From: Euprymna scolopes
Lineage: Eukaryota
DNA: 64,000 nucleotides
Direction: 5' to 3' (one strand)
Assembly: GCA_053919585.1 (NCBI GenBank)
Contig: CM132814.1
Both the position numbers and the translations under genes were made by a program. Under the pieces are notes generated by a model. That model had not been told where the DNA came from. It did not search any database and saw only the letters and a list, made by a program, of their open reading frames with translations. Below, piece by piece: positions 26,340 to 38,425 of this stretch (the stretch's first letter is position 1; each line of letters starts with the position of its first letter).

Positions 26340-26578
26340 TTAATTCCTTCAACCGAAACCTAAAATTATGAAGAATTCTTGGTAAAATTATTTATTAAAC
26401 AAATAGATAACTTCAGTACGACCGAAACCGAAACCAAAACTTGTGAAATAATTATTATAGTAGAATTATTCATTACAAGAAACGGAATGTCATAACAATT
26501 AAATAACAGTCACCCAGAAGAAAAAAGATTTAAGCGTGAAACACAAAATAACACACACGCTATTGTATTAATATATAG

Positions 26579-26579
<1 letters not shown>
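25951..26579 (-). mobile_element. Non-autonomous Helitron (local family Z) inside an (AAT)n tract
   Basis: A|TC start, CTGTGGAATTTCCACAG hairpin, CTAG|T end; termini shared with 44698-45256. Confidence 0.8.
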
Positions 26580-26640
<61 letters not shown>

Positions 26641-26779
26641 TGCAGAACCAATGAAAAGGAGAAACTGGAATCAAAGCGAAGATTAAAACTATAAAACCGA
26701 CGGCAATAATGAGAAACCCCCTCGAAAGACTTTGAACACTATCCAGTGTTTGATTTTTTTTTCAACATTTAAAATAAAA

Positions 26780-29144
26780 GGGTGATCTGGGCTATTTTTA
26801 TTTTTTGTTGTTTGAAGCTATTATCACCTGTGCTAAATTAGGCATTGTGGAGTCGGAAATTTTAAATGATTTTTTATTAAATATGGTACTGCATCTATGT
26901 GGTTGCTTTTTTTTTTTAATTTTCTACAATCTTAAAAATTATTTTAGTATATTTGTTTTGACATTTGAGCTGAAGTGGAGTAAAACCAAATATTTTAATT
27001 TTACCTACGACGAGTGCGGAGTTTGGTTTATTATGATTATTGCATTGGGCCGAGCTTTGTAAGTAAAGCAGTTGTTTATTACAGTTATTATTCAGTGGAA
27101 TAGATTGTTTTCTGGAATCCGATTTATTTTTAGTCGTGATATGCGTTATTATTGATGTTAGACGGCTAATAACTGGGTCGTTGTGGTTATATTGTATTTT
27201 TTCATTATACCCTGAATTTGTAAGGCGTTATTGAAGAAGGTTGAGTCTTGGTTGAAAGTTGACTGCAGAAATTAAAGACATTCTTCTAGAGATAGAAGGT
27301 ACTATGGATTATATAATAAAATTAGGGTGATTAGAAAACTTGCGGACAATGAAAAGATTAGGGTTTAGTGTGATATCAAGAAAATTAAAAGTTTTTGTCC
27401 AGTTCAATAGTTATAGATAGCCCAAAATTGTTTAAAAAAAAAACTATGTAATTTCCTAATAGTATTATTATATTCCCTTGGTCAAGCTCTAGTAGCGAAT
27501 AGAGCATCATCTCTATAAAGACCACCTTGGATGTGTTTTAAATGATGTTTAAGTTCTTTCAAAATGTAAAAGCCTACTAAGTTCGTTACCTCTGCAGAAT
27601 CTGAAGATCCCACTATGATATCAAAGTTATTGGGGTTGTCTTTTCATGTCCAAAGTTTATTCTTGATGTGGACCTTATTTAATAGGATATGAGAAATGGA
27701 CTAGAAACAGTTGTTGTTGTTGTGGTTTATAAAATTGAGGATATGTTTATGTTTTAGGGCAAGAACCCAGTTAATTACAGATCTGAGTTTTGCCAAAGGG
27801 AGGCTAAATTTTTACTCTAATCGAGGGGATAATTTTAAGATTTTTCCTATTTACTGAACCTAAGCTAGAATTAAATGGGCAAATCAATCTAATAGATGTA
27901 TTATCGTAAAATTAGTTTTATGGTGCTTAAGGGTAAATCTAGGTGTGTCTGGTGGCAGTACTTTTGTAGCATTATGGATATTCGTAGATATCATCCTCTA
28001 GGTTTATGTGATCTAGAATATTTTGTTGAACTATTTTATAAAATTTGTGGAGCTCTTTATAAATGAGTTTTTATATGTTGGATAGTAGAGCTTATGATAA
28101 TTTGTTTCTTATCGGCGGGGAGAATAAATACTTATTTTTCTTTACTTTTACCGCAAAGCTGTTAATTTTTCTAGTAATTAGATTGGAGTGGTATTTTTGT
28201 TTTTTAAATTTGATATTCTTTACTAAATTTAGCATAGTGTTTTCGAGCTCATCTAGGTTTTAATTCCATGGAAATTAGCTGCTATCATTTAAATCTCCTT
28301 TTGTTCTCAGTAAGAGTTAATAGGAAGATCATTACTTAAAGATTGAAAAACAGAAGACTTATGTGATTTATAATAATTGGTGGAGTTCAAATCACAAGAG
28401 TAAACCTTCAATTAAAGGCTTGAACAAATTGAAAACTGTTTAGAAGGAATAGGAATTATTTTTGCAGAGAGTGGGATGTATTCCTTGTTGAACATATCTG
28501 GAGAGGATAAAAAGGCCTAACTCACAAGGAATAATTTCAATTGAACAAAAAGGGTAATATTCAGTTCACAAGTGTAAACTCAAGTTGAATATAAATATTA
28601 TAGAAATAAAAACTAGATATAAAAGATCAATAAATACAAAAAGGAGATAAAGTTAAAATATAATAGAAAAATTTTATCGGAAATCAATTCAAATTTTCAA
28701 GAAATCATTAAAAACCTGTAAAGAAGTTATACAGAATTTTTAATTATCCGACAAGGTAGACGAATAAAACGGAAAGACCTTATTTCGCGGAGTTTCGAAA
28801 AATCCTATTCTTCTAATCAGACGAAAGAGTTTTGCAAAATACACGATAAATTTTGCAGGTTAATGCATTAACAGAAACTACAAATACGAATTGAATCATA
28901 TTTGCATTAAAAAGTTTTAACAGTTAGTGAAAGTTTATAAAGATTCAAGCAGGAACAAAGAAAAAGTAGAAGTATAAAAAGATATGGTGAAAATCTAGAA
29001 TTTATCTTGTCTGGTGGAGTATCCAGCTTCATATTATTACTTGAGGTAACATCACTTGGAGAAGGTACACCATTCCTCGTAAAGGAAAATGTGAGCAAGC
29101 CATAGTGAGGAGATCTTATTTAGGCCAATTTGTTTAACTTCCCA

Positions 29145-29147
<3 letters not shown>
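26780..29147 (-). mobile_element. Decayed Penelope-like element with RT pseudogene
   Basis: Minus-strand PADK, RLICP, FDIIVGSSDSAEVTNLVG, GLYRDDAL (27502-27526), NFLDITL, SNHP, NALTNSGY. Confidence 0.85.
28783..28826 (-). ncRNA. Degenerate HHR motif upstream of the PLE ORF
   Basis: TTTCGT-CTGATTA-GAAGAAT(AGG)ATTTTTC-GAAA-CTCC-GCGAAA; G8 mutated. Confidence 0.5.
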
Positions 29148-29204
<57 letters not shown>

Positions 29205-29367
29205 AAAATTACAATTAAATTTACCAAAATGATCCAAGATCGTAAAATTAAAGTAAATTATCAATATTAAAGAATTAATCTTTATAAAATTATCTCAGCC
29301 AGATATAAAAGCTCGATCAAACCAAATAGGAAATAGAGCTTATAATATGATCAAACAGTTAATAAAT

Positions 29368-30514
29368 ACAGGTGTTTGAACTGAGTCAGGTGTGAAATGG
29401 AGCCTGTTGAATGTCGAGCAGTGATCCGGTTCTTTTGTATTTGAAAGGACGCACACTACAAGAGACTTTTAATGAAATGAAAGAAACTTATGGTGATAAT
29501 GCTCCATCATATGACCTTGTAAAACGCTGGCATCGTGAATTTAACCATGGCCGGAAGTCTGTCGAAACAGCTCCCAGACCTGGTCGCCCCCCCCCTTCTG
29601 CTATTGATGAGGCATCTGTCCGTCAAGTTGAGGCTGCCATTTTGGAAGATCGGCGCATTACTATTCGCCAAATAGCCAAAGATGTCAAGATTAGTACAGG
29701 GTCCGTGGAAACTATCATTCATTACCATTTGCATATGCATAAGGCGTCTGCCAGATGGATTCCCAGGTTGTTCACACCATTCCAGAAGCGAGAACGCGTC
29801 GGGTGCTCGAGGATGAATTTGGAGATGTGCCAAGAAGATGAGTCAAAGTTTTTCAAAAGATTGATTACACAGGATGAAACCTGGGTCCATCACTAAAAGC
29901 CCAGTCAATACAGTGGAAGCACTTGGACTCATCAACTCCAAAGAAGGCAAGGGTGCAGCCCTCCGCTGGCAAGGTCATGCTCACAATCTTCTGGGACCAG
30001 GACGGAGTAGTGATGGCAGATTTCCTGGCAAAGGGTGCCACAATTACAGGAGGCTATTATGCTTCACTTTTAAGGAAATTAAGGGAAGCTATCAAAATCA
30101 AGAGGCGGGGCAAGATCAGCAAAGGTACCCTCCTCCTGCAGGACAACGCTCCGGTCCACAACTCGAATGTCGCTAGATCAGAAGCACGAGCGTGTGGTTA
30201 TAAAATCCTCCCCCATCTTCCCTACTCTCCTGACCTTGCACCCTCTGACTTTCACCTCTTCCCAGCCATGAAGTTGTTTTTGAAAGGTAAGCGTTTCCCA
30301 GATGATGCAGCCTTGATTTCTGAAGTCACGTCGTGGTTGGAGGACCAACCTGGGGTGTTCTACAAAAACTGTCTCCAGAGCTGCATCAAACGATGGGAGA
30401 AATGCATAACTCTGGGTGGTTCCTATGTAGAGAAAGACTAATAACTGTACCAAGTTTCGTTGCTCTACTGTTATGGGAAGTGGGTCAGGGGCATTACTTA
30501 TTGCACGCCCCTCG
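29368..30514 (+). mobile_element. Mariner (DD34D) element, 5' TIR missing
   Basis: 3' TIR ...GCACGCCCCTCG followed by TA; transposase pseudogene inside. Confidence 0.9.
29397..30441 (+). pseudogene. Mariner transposase with frameshift and small deletion
   Basis: WIPRL, ITQDETWVHH, LLQDNAPVH, YSPDLAPSDFHLF. Confidence 0.92.
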
Positions 30515-31939
30515 TAAATCAAATATTATAACGTAAAAGATGGTCACACACATTTTGAAGACACTTATGTTCGAATAAAATTTAAATGAGAAATTTGAAA
30601 ACTTTGAAGTGTCAGATAAATGATAAAATCATTTTTTTATTTACTTTTTTTGATATTTTCATTTAATCTCTAAAAAGATGGAATAATAAACTTTAAAATA
30701 TTTATTATTATGATGTATTTTATTTTTCGTGAATACTCGGATTTTATTTAAGCGATATGTACTAGGAGTGACACCGATACCGTAGTAAAAATCCGAATTT
30801 ATTTGGTATTTAAGCTGGAATGATCAACAAAATACAAAATGTTAAAGAAAAATATTTTCTTGTGGTAAATTTTGACATTATTTTGCAACTTTCTTCAAAT
30901 GCCATTTTGTACACTTCNNNNNNNNNNNNNNNNNNNNNNNNNNNNNNNNNNNNNNNNNNNNNNNNNNNNNNNNNNNNNNNNNNNNNNNNNNNNNNNNNNN
31001 NNNNNNNNNNNNNNNNNNNNNNNNNNNNNNNNNNNNNNNNNNNNNNNNNNNNNNNNNNNNNNNNNNNNNNNNNNNNNNNNNNNNNNNNNNNNNNNNNNNN
31101 NNNNNNNNNNNNNNNNNNNNNNNNNNNNNNNNNNNNNNNNNNNNNNNNNNNNNNNNNNNNNNNNNNNNNNNNNNNNNNNNNNNNNNNNNNNNNNNNNNNN
31201 NNNNNNNNNNNNNNNNNNNNNNNNNNNNNNNNNNNNNNNNNNNNNNNNNNNNNNNNNNNNNNNNNNNNNNNNNNNNNNNNNNNNNAGTTTATTGGTTTTG
31301 TTCAGAACGCGTGTTTCCATTTAAGTTTTTATAACAATGGAATTGAGATGAACTTTAAATATGGCGTTCATCATGCCTGTCTATTTGTATCATTGGCATT
31401 CAGCCAACTACTAATACCAAAGATGTCTGACTTTTGACGACGGTTTAATGATAAAGATAAAACTCAATGTTGCTCATTCTATAGACTGACACCACATGAC
31501 AATATCAGCTGTTTTCTGAAAATGAATTCCGCTGGGCGTTTTGCAGTTCAATGCTNNNNNNNNNNNNNNNNNNNNNNNNNNNNNNNNNNNNNNNNNNNNN
31601 NNNNNNNNNNNNNNNNNNNNNNNNNNNNNNNNNNNNNNNNNNNNNNNNNNNNNNNNNNNNNNNNNNNNNNNNNNNNNNNNNNNNNNNNNNNNNNGATTGT
31701 GTGGCTGAATCTATTCAATTTGCAGTATTTGTTGAAGGTTGTGTGTTAGAATGTGCGTTTATTTCTAAAAGAAAATGCCTAGCAATATAACAAATGATAT
31801 GATGAATTCGGTTGAAATGGCGGCGTAAGAATATAAAAAAGAGATTTGTAAGATATGGAAGGTGAAAAGAAAATAATAGATGTTTTAGGAACGATGAGAA
31901 TTGTTTTGTTTTTTTCAAGTGAACGTGAGGGAGAGAGGA

Positions 31940-33301
31940 TGGGGGTAATAAAGGGGAAAATAAAATAAAAATCAAAGATTAAAATAATCAAAGAAAAAAA
32001 CAAATAAAGTTAAAAAGGAAGGGAGACAAAAAAAAACAAAGTAAAATAAAAGCAGAAAGAAATGAAAGAATGGATGAATGGAAGAATTAGCGAATGAGAG
32101 AATAAAAGAATGAAAAAAATGAAGAACGAAAGCATAAAAATAAAAAATAAAATAAACAAGAAAGATTGAAATAAAAACGTCATAAAAGTGTAAACAAAGG
32201 TAAAAAAAAAAGTCAAATATAAAGGTCGGATGCAATTGCGTTGGTGATGAAGATGTAGAACACTTGCGATCTTTACAAGAAAGACTTGAGATGTTTTGCG
32301 AAGGATTGCGGCAATTGTTACTGCGACAAATGTTACGCTACGCACGCAAATGACCCGATGACCCCATGCACGAATGTGACCCCGTTAAAGGTCCGTGATG
32401 AAATTGTCAAAGGCAAGGAGCAGTTCCCCACACTCGGAAACAAAATGACGTCATTTGAAGAAGAAGTGAATGAATTAACAGAAAATCTTTTGCAATTTGT
32501 TGAATGATTCAAATCGGACTGCGCGATAAAACGTGTGCAAATCTGGTGGGAATAAGAATCGATTTGTGAAAAGGTCGAGAGAGAAAAAGGGAAAAATAAA
32601 GCTTGAAAGAAGAATGAGAAAAACTAAAAGAAAAATGAAAGAAAAGTAAAATAAAAAAAAAGATAGAATGGAATAAAAATGAAAAAAGAAAAACAAAGAA
32701 GGAAAATAAGAAATAAAGAAAGAAAGGAAAAGTGAAAAGGCAATAAAATAAAGAGAAAAAATTCATAAAAACGAAATAAAAAAGAGGAAAAATAAAGAAA
32801 AGTAAATAAGAAATTAACAAAATAAAAAAGAAGGTAAGAAATAAAGAAAAAGAAAGAAAAGAAAAAAGAAATATAATAGAAAAAGTAAGAAAGGAAAATA
32901 AAAGTAAAAGAATAAAGGCAGGAAAAAAAGAAGGTAAAAAACAAAAGGAAAAGAAATAAAAGGAAAAAAGTAAGAAAGCCATAAAAAATGAAAATAGAAA
33001 GTAAGAAATATATAAGGAAAAGAAAAATAAGAAAGAAGGAAGAAAATGAAAAATAAAAAAGACAGAAACAAAGAAAATAGGAAATTAAGAAAGAAATAAA
33101 GAAGGGAAAAAGAAAGGCAAAATAAATAAAGAATAAAGAAAGGAAAATGGAAATAAGAAAGAGACAAAAGAAAACAGAGAATAAGGAAGTAAAAAAGAAA
33201 GAACAAAAGAAAGACAGAAAAAAGTAAATAAGAAAGAAATATGGAAGAGAAAAATAGACGTCTTCAGAATGAAGGCTAAAAGAAAGAATGAACGTGTGCG
33301 A
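31940..33301. repeat. Purine-rich (A/G) low-complexity tract surrounding a unique island
   Basis: Irregular AAAG/AAAAT runs. Confidence 0.85.
32255..32560 (+). pseudogene. TRIM-like B-box plus coiled-coil fragment, frameshifted
   Basis: Across frames: CDLYKKDL.MFC.KDCGNCYCDKCYATH...HEC followed by a heptad-like E/K/L-rich stretch. Confidence 0.5.
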
Positions 33302-33659
33302 NNNNNNNNNNNNNNNNNNNNNNNNNNNNNNNNNNNNNNNNNNNNNNNNNNNNNNNNNNNNNNNNNNNNNNNNNNNNNNNNNNNNNNNNNNNNNNNNNNN
33401 NNNNNNNNNNNNNNNNNNNNNNNNNNNNNNNNNNNNNNNNNNNNNNNNNNNNNNNNNNNNNNNNNNNNNNNNNNNNNNNNNNNNNNNNNNNNNNNNNNNN
33501 NNNNNCATTATTGAATTTGAGGACTTTTTTTTATGTCCTCAATTTCAATAATTTCAAGAACAAAGAATTAATAAAACATATTAAAAAACACTTTAAGAAG
33601 AGTTAAAAACATATTTAATTTTCAAAAAGGAAACCCAAATTAAATAAATTATCCTTAAT

Positions 33660-33705
33660 CCGCAGAATTTCGAAAGAAATACTTTCTTTCTCATCAGAGG
33701 GCAGG
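33660..33705 (-). ncRNA. Minimal HHR-like motif
   Basis: CTGATGA-GAAAGAAA(GTA)TTTCTTTC-GAAA-TTC; perfect 8-bp stem II, poor stem I. Confidence 0.55.
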
Positions 33706-34151
33706 AATTGGCAAAATGCCGAATCGGATTTTACTTGCAAAGTATTTAATGAAACTACAAGTAAACCTCAGAGCTTAGTTGGTAAAAGTTTTAAAAAATA
33801 GTGCAACAGAAAGAATGGGGTGGGGAAGAAAAATGATTTCACGTGAATGGATGGTCCAGAAAAGAGTAGAATATCCAATAACGGTAAAATCCTAAACAAG
33901 TTGGTAAACGTCCGGTATCCTGAAGTAAAAATCCAAAGGAATCGCGTTACTTGAAGATATTTCTATGCCATCCAAAAGGCAGAATTCCGTGAAATAATAA
34001 CCAAATGGGTACAAGGAAAAAGATTAAGTTCAAAAAATTATTATAAAGGACCCAATATATTATTAAAAGAAAGATAAATCGTGCGTAGAATGAAGAAATG
34101 GAGATATTTAAGACGCTTCTACCAAGGCCGACTTTTTGTAATTCTTATTTC

Positions 34152-34184
<33 letters not shown>

Positions 34185-34188
<4 letters not shown>

Positions 34189-34299
34189 ACTGTCAACACG
34201 ACGGTTCTAGGTTCAATCCTTGGCTTGGGAGAGATGCTAGTCTAGCGGAACTGATGAGTTGTGATACAACGAAACAGGACTGTATGTCGATGACTACAA
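34185..34299 (+). mobile_element. tRNA-like (B-box) SINE fragment carrying a type I hammerhead ribozyme
   Basis: GGTTCAATCC at 34210-34219 followed by an HHR; (TA)n on both sides. Confidence 0.7.
34238..34296 (+). ncRNA. Type I hammerhead ribozyme
   Basis: Core CTGATGA 34251-34257, stem II GTTGT/ACAAC, GAAA, stem III ACAG/CTGT, GUA site at 34284, stem I TAGTC/GACTA plus CGGAA/TGTCG (one mismatch). Confidence 0.8.
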
Positions 34300-34389
34300 A
34301 TATATATATATGTGTGCGTGCGTATGTGTATGTGTGTGTCTGTGTCTGTGTATGTGTACTGCATTAGATTATGCTATTAATATTCCATA

Positions 34390-35016
34390 CTAGCAGGGAG
34401 ACCCAACGTTTCCCCGGACTGAATGATGATCAACGAATATTTCACACTCCTATATTTTTATTGTCATCGAAATCCGTGAAATCGCCCGTGAGGAAGCTTC
34501 ACATGCCTCTATGCAGTAACTTAGTCCAAAAATACATGTTATTCTACATTGCACTCTACAGAACCTACTGTTTCTTTTATAAAATTTACGTGCGGGAGTT
34601 GAATCTATAGACCACTTAATTAAAAAAAAAAAACATAGATTTTCAAATCTTATCAAATTATTTGCAGTTAATGAAAAAATTAAGAAATTTACGTGTGGAG
34701 TTTGAACCTACAGACCACGTCATGGAAAAAATATAAAAGAACATGCCATCAACTTATCCACAGTAAAATTTTCATAACCCGTTATTCTATCATTGTTGCT
34801 AAAGGCGACATAGAAAAAATGGCTTTACCGATGATAGATAAATTAAGATAACGGTTTCAATTATCGATTATCGGTAATTATCGGGTGTATTCTGAAACAA
34901 AACTTTACTAAGATCACTCCCAGACTTATGCACTAAAGTTCTGTAAATTTTAAAGAAAATCTGTTCAGCCGTTTCGGAGTCTATAAGGAACGAACTTACA
35001 CACAGAGACAAAGTTG
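34390..35016 (-). mobile_element. Helitron family Y copy, 5'-clipped
   Basis: Reverse complement of 16975-17652; CTAG terminus at 34390. Confidence 0.75.
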
Positions 35017-35299
35017 TTAGATTATGCTATTAATATTCCATAAGGTATGTTTCCCTGAATCCCCGCTCTCTTATTAACATGTTTCTTGTTTTGACCCTTC
35101 CCTTTCCCCTTCTATTAATAGTTTATTTATGTTCACCACCACCCCACGTCTCTCTCTCCCTCTCTTTCTAACTATGCCCTAATAACTCTTTCCCTCCCTC
35201 CTTGACTTCCCCCTTTTTTTCCTTTTTTCTTTTCCCTTCTTTGTTCTGCCTTCACTTTCAATGTCTGGAGTTTATATGTCACACAACTTCTCTAAATGT

Positions 35300-35770
35300 T
35301 AACATGTTTTATTTTTTAAACAAAGAGTTTGCTTCTTTCATTTAAGAAACGGACTCCTTCAGTGGAAGACAAATTTTATTAAGTCGCCTGACGAGGACTT
35401 GTGGTCTTAGCCGACCATCTGTCCTTAACATGAGCATGTCCAGCGTCGCAACTATGTAAATTTGTTTCTATCAATAAAAAATATATCTTTCTCTTCTTGG
35501 TATAACTTGGAATATAAACTCTCTCATTGTTGAGCACTCTTCACCGTTAGTTCATTAGGCATGGAATAAATAAACTTCCACACATCTCTGAAGAACATCT
35601 CGACCACCAATAATTGGAATTACCTTCTGGTTCTTACAATGAAAACAGAGGAACTACTTGGACGAATGAAATGGAAAGCAAAGTTTTTTTTCTGAATAAG
35701 CCTGATAAGAAAAAACGATTACAGTAAAGATTTCTTCGGATTTAGGTACTAGAACACTGCACCTCGTAAG
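35300..35770 (+). mobile_element. PLE 5' remnant with degenerate HHR and ORF start
   Basis: From 35561 ME*INFHTSLKNI...EELLGRMKWKAKFF...FGFR; upstream CTGACGA-GGAC...GTCC at 35388. Confidence 0.7.
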
Positions 35771-35941
35771 GAAGGAAGTAATAGAGTTATATTAGAAGAT
35801 CGCTATAATTAGAATCTGCATAAACAGAGTTTTAATTAGTAAAAATGACTAATGGACCCCAAAAGCTAGGCGGGCTGTTTTGATGTGTCCATGGGAGTCT
35901 AAACTCAGCGTCCGCTAGTGGATCTTTCATCTTCTATAATA

Positions 35942-36851
35942 CTAGCATTTCAGCCCGGCGTTGCCCGGGTGTTTGGAGGTGTATGTTGAGCAAAAAAAAA
36001 AAGAAAATAAATTTAAAAAAAATGGTTGTAGAAAGGCAGGCTGTAACCCGCACAGCGAAGGGGGAAAACAACGGAAAAAAACTGACGTCTTTGCTGTTAC
36101 GACCACCGCCAAGCCGGGAGTGACTTATATTTAAATTAATCCTAGACAATCGAAAGAAGAGGATGACTTTCAGAAATATCGGCGGAAAAAGCGACCCCCT
36201 GTAGAAAAGTGTCCAGTTGAAGGTGAAAATAAAAATATTTTTAGCCAATTTTTCGATATTTGTCGTCTGAAAGGTCGAACTTCAACACGATACAGATCTT
36301 GGTAACATCCTCCGCCTCTGTCGGAAGTTTTAGGCAGAAATGCAAACATACATACATACATTTATATATTGATAACTAAAAATGTTCGACCCCAAATCGA
36401 TTAAAAATTTTGCCCTATCTCTGAATACTGTTTATGTCAAATTTCAAATGTTTAGACCAGAAATTGTCTGAGTAATTTGGTAGAGACCACTGAGGTCAAT
36501 TTTTTTAACTTTGACCCCTATTATGTCCCCTTAACATTTATTGTTTTGGGCTCAAATCAAGTTATTAAGTTAGATCCATGTCTAAGGCACCTATATCTAA
36601 AATTTCAAGTGTTTATACCCAAAATAGTCGGAGAACTTTGGTAGAGTTCTCAAAGGTCAAATCGTTGAACTTTGGCCCCTTAACAGCCCAATTTCTTGCC
36701 TAAAACTAATTACAAAGATTTTTCCAAATTTCAGTGCCCTGTATATCAAATTTCGAGTCTGTAGACTTAAAACTGACAGAGTTATTGCGTAGGGAAAAGT
36801 ACACAGACACCCACACACAGACACACACGTTCACTTTTATAGATATATAGA
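35942..36851 (-). mobile_element. Helitron family A, complete
   Basis: A|TC...hairpin...CTAG|T with no target duplication. Confidence 0.88.
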
Positions 36852-37576
36852 TAACTAAGATATTGAAGTAGAGACCATCGGCCTTTGCAAGTAGTGTGGC
36901 CATATGAACATTAAAATCTTCAACACCCGAAAACGTAAAAAAAAAAAAAAATCATTGTTAGAGAATTTTAACGAATTAACTTTAAAGTTGATATTACTCT
37001 AATATTAAAGCAGTGCATTTTCTAGACGTAACATTTAAATTGAACAAAAGACCTTACTATGGAAAAGACAATGCTAATCCATTATACGTTTAAATCGGTG
37101 TTTAAACAAAATCTATTTGCAAAAGAAATCTTCGACTCTCATGAAATTTTTATAATAAAACCATAAAAATAAAGTATATTGATGAGAATGTTTCGGTCAG
37201 TTAGTTACTAGTAAATAGAGATCGCTTCAGGCGATACAGCTTATACAAAAATTGAGTCAGTAATGAAAAAATCTCATGTATTCAGCGTGATACGAAATTA
37301 TTATCAGGAATTAATATTACATGCATAAAAAATAAAGAATTAAAAGAAATAGAATAAAAATAAATTAAAATTAAAATAAGAATACGAAGGGTAAGAAGAC
37401 AAAAAAGATGGTTAGGTTAGGGTTAGGGTTAATTTTTATATTAAAATAGAGGGGTTGGAGCAAATATATATAAAACTAAAAAATTAAAAATAAAAATTAA
37501 ATAATTAATATTAACTAAACGTTAAAAGAAATCAAATAAAACAAACTAACAAGGATGGTAATATCGAGGATGATTA

Positions 37577-38425
37577 AGGAAATGGCAGAAACACTAGAGG
37601 AAGACTTCCAATCTGCAGTGCAATAGGGAAAAATAGATGATCACATTCAATGCTGTCAAAACTAAGCTTGTTTCCTTCAATAATTACAAGAAACCTTCTC
37701 AGCCTCTAATAGCTATGGCCAAACATACATTACCTGAAAGTACTTCTTTCAAACTCCTCGGCTTAGCGTTCACATGAAACGTGAGTTGGAACAGATACAT
37801 GAGAACATTGCCATGGTCGCTGCGAGGAAGGTGGGCTCCCTCCATTGTGCTAGAAACTTACTTACGCCTGAAAGTATCCTGTACCTCTACAAGAACACCA
37901 CTCGTCCATATATAGATTATTGTTGTCACATTTGGACCGGTGCATCTGCTACGGGTCTCTCGCTCCTGGACAGGATTCAAAAGAGAGTCGCCAACCTGAT
38001 AGGTCCTGAACTGTCATATAAGCTTCAGTCTCTGTCCCATCGACGAAATGTTTCATCCCTTTGTCTATTCTACAAGTATTTTAATGATTGATGCTCTGAG
38101 GAACTACAAAATTTATACCCCCTGGACGTAAATACTCCCGACAAACCCGACAAGCAGCAAAATCCCACCCCTACACAGTTGAGATCCCTAGATGTAAGAA
38201 AGCCTTCTACTCTAATAGTTTCTTCCTCAGAACTGCTAGACTTTAGAACTCCATTCCGGGTTCCTGCTTTCCCAACTGTACTAACATGCAGAAGTTCAAA
38301 TGTAATGTGAACAAATATTTTGCTGCTCAACTCCCTACATAGGATCCCTGCAACATTTCCATGATAGTACACCCCTTCATTAAAGTGATGCTGTGCCTTG
38401 TTTGGAGTGAAAACTGAATTCTTAA
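37577..38425 (+). mobile_element. LINE family A 3' fragment
   Basis: Colinear with 12690-13530; YCCHIW...LSHRRNVSSLCLFYKYF. Confidence 0.9.

Noticed and set aside
29368-30514. Domesticated SETMAR-like gene
   Set aside because: No SET domain, frame broken, TIR retained
30820-31790. ORFs spanning N runs
   Set aside because: Created by assembly gaps
32475-33508. Long F/L/S-rich membrane-like ORFs (also 46575-47111 and 51439-51852)
   Set aside because: Artifacts of pyrimidine low-complexity sequence
37411-37430. TTAGG/TTAGGG telomere-like run
   Set aside because: Only about 3 mixed units
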